From Lama guanicoe (Eukaryota): 64,000 nucleotides of DNA. The stretch is taken from NCBI GenBank assembly GCA_013239625.1, contig MU054187.1, forward strand, positions 18,158,711-18,222,710, read 5' to 3'. Below, piece by piece: positions 1-13,436 of the stretch. Numbering within the stretch: position 1 is the stretch's first letter; each line of letters opens with the position of its first letter. Made by a program: the position numbers and the translations under genes. The notes under the pieces are model-generated. The model saw only the letters and a list, made by a program, of their open reading frames with translations. It made no database searches and was not told the DNA's origin.

Positions 1-260
1 ATTAGTTTGCTAAGGCTGCAGTAGCAAAACACTTTAGAGAGGGTGGCTTAAACAAGAGAAATTTATTGTCTCAAGGTTCTGGAGGCTAGAAGTCTATGAT
101 CCAATAGTCATCAGGGTTTGCTCCTTCTGAAAGCTGTGAGGGAAACTATGTCCCTTGCCTTTCTCTTAGCTTTTGATAGTTTGCTGACCATCTCTGGCAT
201 TTGTTGGCTTGTAGACCTCTGCCTTCATCTTCATATGGTGTTCCCCGTGTGTACATTTCT
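1..260 (-). mobile_element. MaLR LTR fragment (MLT1B/C-like), truncated by window start
   Basis: attagtttgctaaggctgc...ggtggcttaaac...ttctggaggctagaagtc...gccttcatcttcatatgg is the reverse-strand MLT1 3' end pattern. Confidence 0.8.
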
Positions 261-261
261 C

Positions 262-368
262 ACGGCTCTGCTGACTTTCTGAACAAAGTCATGGCTTGCC
301 CCAGCACCTCATCTCCTGATTTATTGGCCTGTCGTGCGGCAAGCATAATGAGTTTGGACTCGGTAACA
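262..368 (+). mobile_element. 3' end of ERV1-type LTR, same family as 12924-13436
   Basis: gatttattggcctgtcgtgcggc...gagtttggactcggtaaca ends in CA and is the reverse complement of the start of the 12924 element. Confidence 0.7.
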
Positions 369-1610
369 TAAAGACTAGTAAGATTGCAGTAGATTGTAGT
401 AAGAAATTGTCTACAGCTCTAATTGAAAGAATATTATCCTGTTTCCCCAATACCCTGATTGCTGGAAAGTCTCTTCATCTGAATTTAAATATTTGGGCTA
501 AAAGTCCTCCAGGAAGAATGCAAGTACATAATCAAAAACTAGGATACTGTATAGGTAAGACTCCAACTGAATGGAGACAACAGGGACACTGCTTTAGTGG
601 GGAGAACTGCCTAGGTCATCACAGTGGGATTAGGCACCCAAGGGCTGCCATAACTTGCGGGGTGCTTGGAGAGGGCAGCAGCCTCCAAAGATAAAAATGG
701 TATGTTTCATGTACTAGCGAATAATAGAAAGAACTCTCATTTTGACCTCTGAAACAACTTTGCAAAGGGTTTTCAAAAATTCCCTCATATTGCCAATGCA
801 GGGAGCAATTGTTTCATAAAATATAACTGCTCTAACCAAATCTGTGTTATTGTCATATTCCTTCTCTCCTCTAGAGAAAGGAGAAATGAGTTTATTATTG
901 CTCCCATTAGGCCTGCTGTCCTATTTCTATTTGACCTACTCTGATTTTTCACCCCAGTGTCCACAGATAATGAGGGAGGCAAGATGACTTCTGCCCTTGT
1001 AACCACAGTCCCAATCGACGATGAAACCCCGCCATTTCCAAATGTCAGGCTTCAGTGAGGGCAGAGGAAATGTGGCCTGTGAATAAAAACAAGACTAAGT
1101 TAAAATTCAATATTTCCCTTATCTTCATTCCCTTTGGACCTCTAACTAACTATGGAGGGGGGTTACTGTCTCCTGGTCTGACCTTGACACCTGACTCTGC
1201 ACCAAGGCTATGCTGGCTTCCCATCCCTCTCATGTGGGGGCTGCTCACTTTTTCAGTCCTCAGGGTCAAGAGGTGTGAGGGGGTCTTCCTGAATCTTGAT
1301 CACTGTCCTTACTCCCCAATTACCTAAAGCAATCATTTTTGAAAGATATATCACCTGGACATACCATCCTTTTCCCCTCCTGGGTGCACTCAGCTACACA
1401 CCTCTCACTGAGCACTCCTCATTCACAGCAGACTCCTACACCTGAGATAGATTTCACATCTACCCCTAGTTCTCCCATAATCCTGGGACAATCCAGTACT
1501 CGGTGGCAACCATCCACCCCCCCCAGCCTCCCAGTTCTTCAATGGCCTCATACTCAATAATATATACCTCTCCCCCACTCCCGTGGCCTCACCCTGGTCA
1601 TTTTCCTTAC

Positions 1611-1669
1611 CTGTAACCACTTTAATTCCAGAATATCTTGCTTTGTGCTCATAAAAATTTCAACGCCAG
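1611..1669 (-). other. candidate internal exon (59 nt)
   Basis: minus strand: T-run+cctaag acceptor, CAG|gtaagg donor; not in a recognised repeat. Confidence 0.35.
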
Positions 1670-2066
1670 CTTAGGAAAAAAAAACATTATTTCTTTTAAG
1701 ATCCTCTAGCGTTCTACCTTCTCCCAATCCAGGAATCATACACCAAATATTGCTTGAGCAAACGAACGAGTGAACGGTGCTGTGAAATGAAGAGGAAAAT
1801 GCCAATAGCCCAATTGCAATCACATCTCTTCCTCTAGGGAATAGGACAGACTAAATCCTATGGCGAGTCTGGTCCTGAGTTGCTGTGCTGCACGGCTGAA
1901 TCCAGATGAAAGCTCGGCTTCCTGCATCCCGGTGTCATTACTGAACACCTGGACATCCCAGAACGGGTGGAGGCTGGGGACAGAAAGCATTGAAGAAAAT
2001 CAGGAAGAGGTCCCTTACCACATTAACACTGTAGTAGAACTTTTACTTGAAACATGAATTCCTTCA

Positions 2067-2201
2067 GGGGATATGTACAGCTCAGCGGTAGAGCACATGC
2101 TTAGCATTCATGAGGGCCTGAGTGCAATCCCCAATGCCTCGGTTAAAAAGATAAATAAATAAATGAACCTAATTACCTCCCCCCTGAAAAAAACAAGCAA
2201 A
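2067..2201 (+). mobile_element. tRNA-derived SINE (camelid Vic-1-like)
   Basis: A box cagctcagcggtagagc, degenerate B box, then aaataaataaat-gaacctaattacctccccc-A-rich tail. Confidence 0.9.
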
Positions 2202-3024
2202 TACTCCTTGAAACATGCCTCTTTATAGCTGAAGAGACAGAACACACGCGTATGTATGTATGTTTAGAGCTGGTTCTCGTTCATTTTCCCTTACTTTTTT
2301 CCTCCTTAGAGAATTAAAAATGTATAAATCCTTTTCCTTGACCAACTGATTAAGAGGGAACTTCAACAAATGTAGGTTTAATTGGACTGGGAGCTGTAGG
2401 AGCAATGAAATCTTCTAAGGGTCCAAAGGACTCCCTGACTGAATGAGGCACATGTTTTACTAGTTCCAGGTTCTCTCTTGATCTGGTCAATGAGAACTCT
2501 AAGCCCATCGGCTGGGCGTATAGTCACTTGCATAGTTTTTTAACCTCAATCTTTTCCCTTCATTTCAGAAAAAAAAAATCTGTATAAATCTCATGAAATT
2601 TTTGAAGAATTAAAAAATCAGATAAGGTTACTTCCAGTGTGAAGCTTTTCCTGGCTTCACTTCCTTTGTCATTCTGTAAGATGTCCTTCATGAATCTGTT
2701 ACAGGCCTTATACAACATTGCAGTGTCACTAATGTCTTAAGAAACTACGGGCTAATTTCTCAAGGAGAGAAGACATGAATTATCTCTGTAATGCAATGAC
2801 CAAGTGCAAGGTAGTACTCAGTAAGTGTCTGTAAACATCTGTCTCAATGACTGACTAGGGGAATATCAATCTGGGCTATAAGTAATTAATTTAATGAGCA
2901 TTATGACGTATGTCACTTATTATCTGAGGTGCTGGCAATATATTAGTGAGCTAAAAAGATGACAATTCCTGCCCTGTGGAGCTCACGAGTTTTGCATCCT
3001 GGAGGAGGAGGGAGGTAGGGAAGC

Positions 3025-3423
3025 CATGCAGAAGTGCCGATTAGATGTCCCTCCAAAGGGCGCCTACGATTAGCACCTGCCCTGGTAAGCCTCTCTATCC
3101 ATGGGCTGCTCTCAGCCAATGACTGAACCCAGAGTGGGAACTAGAGATCGGCCGTTTCATCCCAAAGGGGATTCCTTTAATGATTAACCTGCGTTCTGAG
3201 GCTCCCTTTTGGGTAGTCTGGCTAAGACTTTCTCAGGGCTACCTTACAGTGTCAGGTTCTTCCTAACCGATTCTCCTTCCTCAGAGGTCAGATCTGTATT
3301 GTCAAAAGGCTCCCCTACCTGCTCTACTCCCTTCCTCATCAGTTTAGAGGTGCTTCCCCCTAATAAATCCCTTGCACTTCTAATTCTATCTTGGAGCTGA
3401 CTTGCTAGAGGCACAGAACTCAT
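3025..3423 (+). mobile_element. ERVL LTR (LTR16-like)
   Basis: ctcagccaatgactg CCAAT region and terminal ccctaataaatcccttgcacttctaattctatcttgg...gaactca pattern. Confidence 0.65.
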
Positions 3424-3639
3424 CCTGAAGGGTGGCAAAGATTTTCTCATTTTAATCCTTTAAACAGAAAATAGGCTTTTACGCTTATATGACTGCCCAT
3501 AATATGCTTACCACTGCTTCGCCCTCAGTTGAGGATTTCAGGAAGTCCACAAAGGAAGAGGGAATGTGTTCCCACTATGATGCCAATAACAATTATGCAG
3601 ATGTATCTTAGAAAACAAGATCATTATAATTTCAGGTAA

Positions 3640-3835
3640 TGCATTGCTGAAGCTGGTGAAAACCAGTTCTTGCCTCTCTTCCAAACTCTACATTTAATGA
3701 CATCTCATTGGTAGGCAGGAATTAGCTGTGGTGGAAAAATTTACACTGCATAAGTTGGCAAATTCTATTAATCAGACTTATTTTGATTTTATGCACTTTG
3801 TTTTCCCCAAGAGCTGGTTTACCAGCACATCACTA
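3640..3835. mobile_element. hAT DNA transposon relic (MER63-like)
   Basis: gagctggtttaccagcacatcact terminus and ttggcaaattcta internal motif. Confidence 0.55.
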
Positions 3836-5698
3836 CTTCCAGACCTTGTATCCAGGCATGCCTAACCAGCCTGTTCAAAATAAGAGTGCCTACTCTTTGA
3901 AAGTGAGACAAAGAAAGGACCACCCAAATGCTGGAAAATGTTCTTGAAAATAAACTCAAGTCAATTCCTGGTAAAAATGGTTTCATAGTTTCTCCATTGG
4001 TTCCTGCTTTAAACACCCAGATATCTGTGTTTCCATGTCTCTTCCTCTCTCCACTTTTCTACCCTCGAGAGCACCCTCACCCAGTAGCCATCTCTGGAAG
4101 GAGCCCACCATTACTTTGGCCTTTTTACGTTGCATTAACATGGAAGCTCTGTTGCATTATTCTCAGACTATATTGTCCAAAGGAAATATTTTTTGATTTA
4201 ATCTTTGCAACTGAACACATTTCCTTACCTCCTAATTTGCACTTTGAAGTACAAAATTTTGAAATAAGTAAATATTATTGTTGATTTAGTAACAAAATAT
4301 ATCATTCCTGGCATCTATGTAATTAAAGAACATTAACATTCATTATTCTTCAAGACATTTATTTCCTACAATTGCTCATATCCTTTTATGATTTTTCATG
4401 TATTTTAATTTTTCTTTCATGTATTTGATTTTTTTTTATTATCCCAGGGCTGTACTTGATACACTTTTCTTCATACACTTTTTTTTTTATAGTTTTTACC
4501 TACCATCAAATGTATTCTGGTGACCTACTCTAGAAATATTTTACTTGTTTTTCTTCCTTTTGACTTTGTGTTTTCGTTTTTATATTTTAAAAGGAGAACA
4601 TCTTGTCATTTGCCTTTACAGAACCATATAAGGAAAATGTTGGCTTTCTCATTTTCTGAGGTCATAGTAAAATAATTTTAGGAATGACAATAAGAAAAAG
4701 TAATATGCTAATCCATGGTCCTTAGGAATGCATTTTAATAGAGTGCTTTTTGGGCAAGATATTCATCAACTTCCTTGGAAGAACAGAAGAACTCATTCCT
4801 CATCTTTGAGTGGTACTAAGAAAATACAAGTAAAATTGACAACACATTTTCCACATGGTTCTGACAAAGCTTAATATTTTCTAGGATGTCATTCAGAAGA
4901 ATCTAAACAAAGCATCAGATAAAGGGAGAGCTAGTGTGTGGTCCACACCCATGGAAACATCATTCATTGTCATTGCCACCCTTCCCACTGAGCATGGAAA
5001 AGGCTTTTAATCCTCTTCATGATTGGAATTTGCTATGATATAAAAATAGCTTTTTACAAACTCCCTTTTATCATGTGCTTTATAGTACTTCTTTAATTTT
5101 CTTACATGCTTGAAATCCTTCTTGAATTAAATGATTACCCTAGGGACTGAAATATTTTTCAATTTCTCCAAGTTCCTAGAGATCTTCGATTTTCCTACGT
5201 TTGATAGATGTCACGTAACTTTCTCCTTTTTTGCCGGCTTTCCTCTTGTTCTATTTCTAATATTAAAATATGTACACAGACCTTAATTAAAAGAGATTTG
5301 AAATTTGAGCTAGAGATGTGTCATGCACACAAGCTGTTTATAAATACCTTAATAAATATGCCTGAAATATGAACATCAAGAGACAAAAAAGGAAGTTGCT
5401 CAATTAGCTGGTATCCTCAACTCAAGGGCTATAAAAACATCTGGTTAAGAAGGAATTTTGACCAATGATAGCTTTGGCTTCACGGGTGAAGAAAAGCTTC
5501 CTGTTATTTGACTCTGAAGTTTACAGTCCCAAGAGAAGAAGGCTTATAAAATGAATCTCAACCAAAAGTTAATATTCTGGCATATCTTGCAATGGTGTAT
5601 TCAATAATCAAAGTATTTAATCACTTCTTTCTGTTCATCTGACGGCCAACCTCATATGATAAGAAGATGGAAATTCCAGATACGTGCTCCTGTTCTGC

Positions 5699-6196
5699 TG
5701 TGATAGGCCCATCAGTGATGTCCATGCCCTAAATCCTGGCCTCTGTGACTGTGTTGCCTTACATGGCAAAGGGACTTGCAATGTGCTTAAGCAGCTGGAG
5801 ACTGGGAGATTATCCTAATTATCTGGGTGGGTCCAATGTAATCCCTGTAATCATAAGCAGAGATTTCATAAAGTAAAAGAGGGAAGGAGTAGAGTCAGAG
5901 AGAGACTCAGAGATGCTATGTTTCTGTTTTTGAAGGTGGAGGAAGGAGTACCAGCTAAGAAATGCAGGTGGCCTCTAGAAGCTGGAGCAGGCAAGGGCAT
6001 AGATGCTCCCCAAGAAGCTCCAGAAGAAACACAGCCCGGCCAACACGTTGACTTTAGCTGACTGAAGCCCATTACAGACTCCAGACCTCCAGAACTGGGA
6101 GATAATAAATTTGTGTTGTTTTAAGTTGTTATGATTAGGTGTTGTACCATTTAGTTTGTGGCAATTTGTGATAGCAAACAATGGGAAACTAATACA
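5699..6196 (+). mobile_element. MaLR solo LTR (MLT1D-like), near full length
   Basis: TG...CA ends; ccttacatggcaaagggact, gggagattatcct, ggcctctagaagctgga, aataaatttgtgttgttttaag, ggaaactaataca. Confidence 0.9.
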
Positions 6197-7237
6197 CCTT
6201 TCTATACATTCCAGAGGAAAAAAAGATAGAAGGCATTAACTCTATGTAATCTTTTACCTGAACAACAACAACAAAAATGAATCCCTTAAAAATATCTTGG
6301 ATTTTTTTTTTATTTCCCTTCAACATGCTGTTTCCTGGGATGTGTTTCCTTTATTGATTGTTTGCAAAATGTACATTTTTCTTCATGACTTTAAGAAAAG
6401 TGTCCATGAAAGCTGGAAACTAACACTCTCAAGACAAACAAGTAATTCCAGTAGTGAGCAAAAGAGAATAAAGGAAGCAAGGAGTTTAAATTTTCAAGGT
6501 CAGAATGTATTCTTAATAATGATTTCATGTCACTTTTGAAAAAGAGCATTTGCTCTGGTTCCATTTTTATAGCTTGGGAGTGTTTTGAAGCTCAAGAGTG
6601 AGGGTGACTCTCATGACTCACAAAATAATTGCTATTAGTAAATATTCTCAAGCTGTTCTTGCAACACATTCAAATCAACAAATTAAGTGTTCTTTTGTGA
6701 AAATAATAAATATATTTTAAATTTTTAAAATAAATTTTGTGAAATAAATAATAAATATGTGAAGCCACTTTAAAATGCATTATATGCTAAGGGCTAAAAT
6801 GTTATAGAATCTTTTATATGAGCCTAACATGCTAGTCCATACTAATGACATATAGCTTAGCACAAAAGAGAAATGTGTTTCAGGACAGAGATTACACCCA
6901 AATTCCTTCAAGTATGATCTGAGGGATGTCATGCAAAATTCTCATCCCTAAATATATCCTCAGGCCAATAGAGCATAACCTTGAAGATGCACAACAGATA
7001 TTTACTTAAGCATATATGTTGCCAAGAGACCTATTTATAGCAAAAATGATTTTTATGTGTGTCCATTTACTAATCTACTCATTCACAAAAGCTTGATTGT
7101 GTGGCAAAAAAAATATTTTAAAAAATTACAGATTAGAACCCACGAGTTTGGGTTAAAATCAGGTTTAACTTATGGTAACTAGACTTATCATGGTGATCAT
7201 TCTGAAATGTGTAGAACTATTGAATCACTGTGTTGTC

Positions 7238-7305
7238 TACCAGGAACTAACATGGTGTTACAAGTCAACTATACCAGGAACTAACATGATGTTACAAGTC
7301 AACTA
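7238..7305. repeat. 34-bp tandem duplication
   Basis: taccaggaactaacatg(g/a)tgttacaagtcaacta x2, one mismatch. Confidence 0.95.
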
Positions 7306-7441
7306 TAGTACAAAATAAATAAACAAACTAGTAGATAAAGAAATCAGATTTGTGGCTACCAGAGGTGAGTGGGTAGGAAGAGGAGGAATTGGAAGAAGGG
7401 ATGAAGGTAGCAAAGGAAACACATTTCCAGTTATAAGATAA

Positions 7442-7521
7442 GGGGGGGAGGGTGTAGCTCAAGTGGTAGAGTGTGTGCCTAGCACGCACGAGGTCCTGGG
7501 TTCAATCTCCAGGAACTCCAT

Positions 7522-7566
<45 letters not shown>

Positions 7567-7611
7567 ACAAACCTAATTACCCCTTCCCCCTCCAAAAGCA
7601 AAAACAAAAAA
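7442..7611 (+). mobile_element. tRNA-derived SINE (Vic-1-like) with expanded (AAAT)n
   Basis: ggggagggtgtagctcaagtggtagag...gaggtcctgggttcaatc; about 10 AAAT units; cagttataa repeated on both flanks. Confidence 0.92.
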
Positions 7612-7894
7612 CAGTTATAAACAGGTACCAGGGATGTAACGTACAACATGCTAAATATTAACACTGTTGCACATCATATACGAAAGTTGTTCAGAGAGTA
7701 AATCTTGAGTTCTCATCACAAGCAAAAAAAAGTTTCATTTCTTTAATGTATCTAAATGAATTCATGGATGTTCTCCAAATGTATTGTGGTCATTATTTCA
7801 TGATGTATGTAAATCATATCATTATGCTGTACACCTTAAACTTATACAGTATTGCATGTCAGTTATATCTCAAGAAAACAGTAAAATAAATCAG

Positions 7895-8240
7895 GTTTAA
7901 TTTCTTGTAAACTTCTTATAAACTAGTTATGAATATCATATCACTCTTCCTGGACTCCAGTTTCTTCATTTGTAAAATAAGAATAAAATCCATCTTATCT
8001 GGGAAGTGGTATTTGTCTGATGGTTAAAGAGTAGACACACAGTTACTGTGTCCATCAAAATCTTGGCTCACCCAGTCACTTCCATGACTGTGCACTAGTA
8101 ATTCAGTGACCTTGGGAAATAACTTTGCCTCAGTTTTCTCATCTGTAATATAGTAGCTACCCGGTAGAGTTGTTGGTAAGGCTGCACAGAAAATGTAACA
8201 ACAGCACATTGTCTGTGCTCAGTCTGTGTCACCTACTGTA
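7895..8240 (+). mobile_element. two MIR fragments
   Basis: cagtttcttcatttgtaaaat and gtgaccttggg...gcctcagttttctcatctgtaa MIR cores. Confidence 0.7.
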
Positions 8241-9464
8241 CAACGGTTGCTGTGTGAAAAACACTTAGCACTCAGTGTCATTCAGTCATTCATTTGAATA
8301 TTGTAGAACATAAATGTTATAGATAGAGAGATATATAGCATATTGTATAATGTTTCCTCAATTTCAGAACATATCTCTTTCATATTATTACATTTCAAAT
8401 ATTGGAATGTATCTTACAATTGACTTTCATATTTAACATGGTGCTTTTTCCCCCAAAAGCTAATATTAAATTTGTGATGGGGTCTTACAAATGAGACAAT
8501 GATAAACATATGTGTGTAATATGTATGTATGGCTGTATTGATCAGGAAATGTCCTTATTCACCTTTGTTTCTCGAGGGCCAGCACAGTGTGGGCCCTCAT
8601 ATTTGCTCAATAAATGTGTTATGCTATAAATAAATGGCTTATCAACATCCCTGAATTTAACCAAGCCTCCACTGTTCTCACTGCCCTCTCTGCCATATTT
8701 CACTCTAGCTAGAAACACTTTCCATTAGCAGGTTGCTTTTTGATGTAGTACTGGCTGCTTTTGCCTTTGGAAGAAATACAAATCCAATCACATTTGAAAT
8801 CATTTTTATTCCAAAACCTAGGGCCCTGCTGGTCTGTCTTCTCTGGGGGCTCCAACAATTACTACCTTTCAGTTTCCACTCATCAGGCAAGCTCCTGCTT
8901 CAACATTCCTGTCTGGTACCCTGCCTTCTCCCCATCTTCTTTCCAGCAGAGCACAGGCTTTGGGAGGCTAGGCAACCGAGAGCAAGGGGCAGGGGCCTGT
9001 GAGCTAATGTGGGCAGGGTGTCTGCAGGGAACCTTCCTGTACATTCTTCTCTGTCTTTATGCTCATGAACAAGGAGCAGTTTTTAGTCGTCTGTATACCT
9101 TTAGGGCACAGTACAATGCCTGGCCCACAGCACGTAATGCTGTTGAATTGAATTATTAAACTGGAAAAAGTCACGAATTATTCATTCATGCCTGATTTAT
9201 TAGTTGGCTATCTATGAGCTACTAGCTGAAGAAAGAAAATGAATAAAGTTTCTTTCCTTCCACACTGTCTCACAATGAGTGGGGAGATAGATTTATAAGC
9301 CAATAATTAGAACAACATTAACAAACAATATATTTATGCAAGAAAAATTATAAATGCAGATAAGATGCAATGATTTACTAACTCTTCTTGGGAGAGCAGA
9401 AAAGTGAAAATGTAGTTGGATTTAGGAGGATGGCTATGTATTTAAGAGGTACAAAATTTAAGCC

Positions 9465-10050
9465 AAAGAAATTACCATATGACCCAGCTCCTGTTGGACA
9501 TCCCACTTGTACATCCAAGAAAAATGCAAACATCTGTCCACACCAAAATGTATGTGCATGAATGTCATAGCAGCATTAGTCATAATAGCCCCAAAGTGGA
9601 AACAACTCAAATGTCCATTTATTTAGTGGAATAAATAAAATGTGGAAAATATATACAATGGAATATTCAGCAATAAAAAGTAGTGACAGTGCTACAAGAT
9701 GGGTGAAACTTGAAAGCATTATGCTAAATGAAAGAAGCCATATTAGAACTGTTTAAAGAACTTTTATACTATAGTTCTCTTTACTATATGGAATGTCCAA
9801 AATAGTCAAAACTGAAGAGACTGAAAGATTAATGATTGCCTAGGGCTGGGGGTGAGATATTGTGGAGGCATGGGGAGTGATTTTTTTTAACAGGAACAGG
9901 GTTTCTTTTGGTTGTGACAAAAATTTTCTAAAATTGTGGAAATGGTTGCACTGTTCTGCATATATACTTTAAAAACATTGAATTGTACACTTCAAACAAA
10001 TGATAGGTGAATTATATGACAGTAAAATCATTATATGAAAAAAGGAACAA
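9465..10050 (+). mobile_element. L1MB-like 3' end
   Basis: aattaccatatgacccagc, ataatagccccaaagtggaaacaactcaaatgtcc, attatgctaaatgaaagaagcca, gcctagggctgggg. Confidence 0.85.
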
Positions 10051-10899
10051 AAAGAAACAGGCAATCCAAAAATTTACTACAAATTTCATATGAAATTGTT
10101 ACAACTAAGACGTTTAGTTGTTATACTAAAAAATAAATATTTTAAAAATAAACAACAAATTTGTAGGGAGGAAGAAGTTAACAATACATGAGAGAGAAGG
10201 AGGGGAGAAAATAGATAGAGGAGAAAATCTATAGACTGAGGTCCTTTAAAAACTTGTGAGTAGAACAGCATATGGAATACAGAAGGATTAACTCTTCCAC
10301 TATGAGGGGGAAGGATGGAGGTGAGGGTAGACAGGAAAGGAGGTATACTAACAGGTGGGGGTACAAAGAGCTGAGAAAGTTTGGATCCAATGGACTCTCT
10401 TGTCTCGGAAAGATGGCATCTTCTATGAAGAAGTAGAAAGAGAAGGGTTGAGAGATTGGAGAGTTAGCTGCCAGAGTGACAAAGCAAACATTTACCCAGC
10501 ATTTTATTCACCCACCTGTGCCATAACAATTGTGCTAAAATAAAATACAAGAAACAAGATAAGTAGACGATCTTAGTATGATGTTTAATGTGAACAAAAC
10601 TCCAGAAAGTAGAATGTCGGCTTTCATAATAATCTTAACATTGCTATGCAGAAGGAAAAAATTAATTATGGGTAATTCAAAACCCTTTCTTTGAATATGA
10701 TTCCATTTATATGATTCCATGTTCCATGTAAACTTAACTTTTGCAAAAAAAAAAAAACGTAAATTCCCTTTTTAAAGAAGTCCAAGCTGAGGAGGTAATT
10801 CTTTACAATAAAGTAAATGAGAAGGGAAATAATAAATAACAAAACAATAAATTAAAAAATAAGTGCAAATGTATGGAAACACACAAAAAATATTTAAAT

Positions 10900-11170
10900 A
10901 TTAACAACTAACCCTTATATTGCACTATATGTCAGGCTCTAGTCAGGCTCTATATGTCAGGCTCTGTTCTAAGCTACACACACACACACACACACACACA
11001 CATACTCATTTAATACTCATGAAATCCTATAAGTTAGATATATATTCTAACTTACATAAATTAAGATGAGGCATAGACCAGTTTGGTAGGTTAGCAAAAT
11101 TCACACAGATAGTAAATGTGAAAGGGAAGATTCAAACTAAAGCAACCATGCTCCATAATCACTATGCAAC
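10900..11170 (-). mobile_element. MIR with internal (CA)n at about 10976-11002
   Basis: cactatatgtcaggc...ctcatttaatactcatgaaatcctat...gatgaggcataga...cacacagatagtaaatg. Confidence 0.7.
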
Positions 11171-11569
11171 ACTAGACAAATTGCAAGATATGTCCAGAAA
11201 GTATCAGCAGTTCTTTGTGGCTGAAATTAATATAGACATTTCAATGAGCAGTGTCAAAAGAGGAAGCTAGAAAGGTAGGCTGGGATAATTTGTCAGTATC
11301 CTCAGATATGGAGACCGAATTAGAACGACACCGGCTGAGTAGTTGTTCAATGCATTTATTTATATACAGAGGCAAAACATCACTAGGAGCTAGTAATTTA
11401 TTAGAAAGGTAACAATAGAGAGGAAAGCATATTTACTGGGATTCTTCTCAGAAAAAAATTCCAAATGCGTCCGCAAAGAAGACTGATTGGTTTCTTGGGA
11501 CAAGGGATGATGCTTCAGAGGAATACGTTTAAGCGATGGTGGACAGCTCAAAACTACATTATTTACTGA

Positions 11570-12070
11570 CAGATAATTAACATAAAATAAAATGCAAGTT
11601 GGGTAGATTTTGTCAATTGTATATGCCTGTGAAATCATCTCCCACAACAAAACAAGACATAGAATATCTCCATCTTCCAGAAAGTTCCATATGTCCCTTC
11701 TACTTAATTCTCTTTCCCACACACTCTTTCTTTCATCACAGATTAACTCTGCCTGTATTTGGGTTTCACATAAAAGAATGTGTGTAGTGTGGAATTTTTT
11801 TGTGTTGTTTCTTTCACTTATAACATTTTTGAAGTTCATCCATGTTGCTGTGTGCAACAGTTATTTGTCCCTTTTTATTACTGAGTAGTAATCCATCGTG
11901 TAAATGCAGGACGATTTGTTTATTCATTTTCCTGCTGAAAGACAGTAGCGCTTTTCTTTTAAGTTTGGGGTAATTAATAAATAAGACAGTTATAAACATT
12001 TTTGTGAATTTCTTTTCTTGGGCACATATGTTTTTATTTTCTTGGGTAAACATGTGGGATTGGAATCGCT
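11570..12070 (-). mobile_element. old L1M 3' end
   Basis: gttcatccatgttgctgtgtgcaacagt...ttattactgagtagtaatccatcgtgtaaatg antisense L1 motifs. Confidence 0.8.
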
Positions 12071-12923
12071 CCAACATCAGGTCGGAGCGTCCTAACTGCC
12101 TCCTGAGAAAGGTCAGTGTGGCTGTTAATAGGACTTTCATTTGGTAGAACAAGTTAAGCAAGTTTGGGACCAGAGCTGAACTGTGCGTGACAGTTGGAGG
12201 GAGGCAGCATGCTTTCCTTTGCTCCTTTTCACATGGGTGCTCAGCCTTGTGCATAAATAATAGATGAACAAATATTGAGACTACTGGTTTGAAGGAATGA
12301 TAAATTAATAACACACTAGAGGCAGCAAAATGTCCTAATCTGATTTAAATATAACGTAGTGAAGAATGTAGATCCTGTTTTGAAGATTTTAAGCGACATG
12401 ATTAAATCTGTCTAGTGACAGTAATTTTTTTCGTACTGTGGAAGGGGGACAAAAAACTAGGAAATAATTTAAAAGACTATTGCAAAAGTCCAAGTGAAAA
12501 ATAATGAGGTCGGCATCTTTGGGGATTTTAGGAGGGAACTGAATTCAGAAGACACGTAAACACTGCTTTTGAATGTGTGTGTGTGTGCGTGTGCACATGA
12601 ATCCGTGTGTGTGTGCATGTGTGTTGCAGCAGAAAATAACTCTGTAATCATACTCTCTTTCCTCATTCATTGTATTTATGGCATCCACACACAATAGCTT
12701 CTGTAATACAGATCCAGCTTAACCAAAATACTCAGAGCAGCTAGTAAGCTGAATATCCTCTCCCTGCAAGCCTCATGCCTCACACTCATCGGGTGCCTGT
12801 CTAGTGAGACCCATAGCCCTGTCAATTCATCTTGGCTTTTTAGTTTGTTTCTGCACAGAATGTTTCTGAAACTCTTGGCCTTTGCAGCATAGTAGTTTGG
12901 AAAGTGCTTCCGTGCTCTAGCAT

Positions 12924-13436
12924 TGTTAGCAAGTCCAAACTCATTCTGCTCACCACACATTAGGCCAATAAATTGGGAAATGTTGTTGTACAGGATAATG
13001 ACTTTATTCGGAAAGCCAGCAGACCAAGGAGATGGCAGACAAATGTTCTGGAGAACCATTTTCCCCAAGTCAGAATTCAGGCTCCTTTTATACTATAAAG
13101 GGGGAGGGGGTGTGGTTGGTTATTGCAAACGTCTTGGTGTCAGAATCCTCTGTTTTTGCAGCTGTCCACGTAGGTCAGTTCATGGTGTCCCTATAAACCT
13201 CCAACAAGACAAATGTCATTCTCTGTTCTGCAATTTTTTATCTCTATGTGAATGGAAAAGTGTTAGACCCTTAAAGATCAAAGCCTTGAGAATGGGCTCT
13301 CCTGTCTATTTTAGGCTACAGACAACATTCTTTTACAAAAAGTGCAGAACCAGCATGACTAAGCACAGGAAACAGAGCACAGGGCTAGAGCTAAAGGAGC
13401 AGATGTAATATGGAGTCAAATTTGTTCTTTATTACA
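12924..13436 (-). mobile_element. ERV1-type solo LTR
   Basis: TG...CA ends, ctttatt (poly-A signal) and cttttatac (TATA) in antisense; end homologous to 262-368. Confidence 0.8.

Larger units (their letters stand above)
7170..7885 (+). mobile_element. L1 3' UTR fragments, interrupted by a SINE
   Basis: tatcatggtgatcat, gtggctaccagagg, ttccagttataag, cttgagttctcatcacaag, tgtacaccttaaacttatac motifs. Confidence 0.8.

Noticed and set aside
7238..7305. 34-bp repeat as a CRISPR-like array
   Set aside because: Two adjacent copies with no spacer, inside a mammalian L1; no CRISPR or prokaryotic system is evident anywhere in the window.
11390..13408. Longest AT-rich ORFs (130-166 aa)
   Set aside because: They overlap L1 and LTR relics, mostly lack ATG starts and resemble no protein I recognise.
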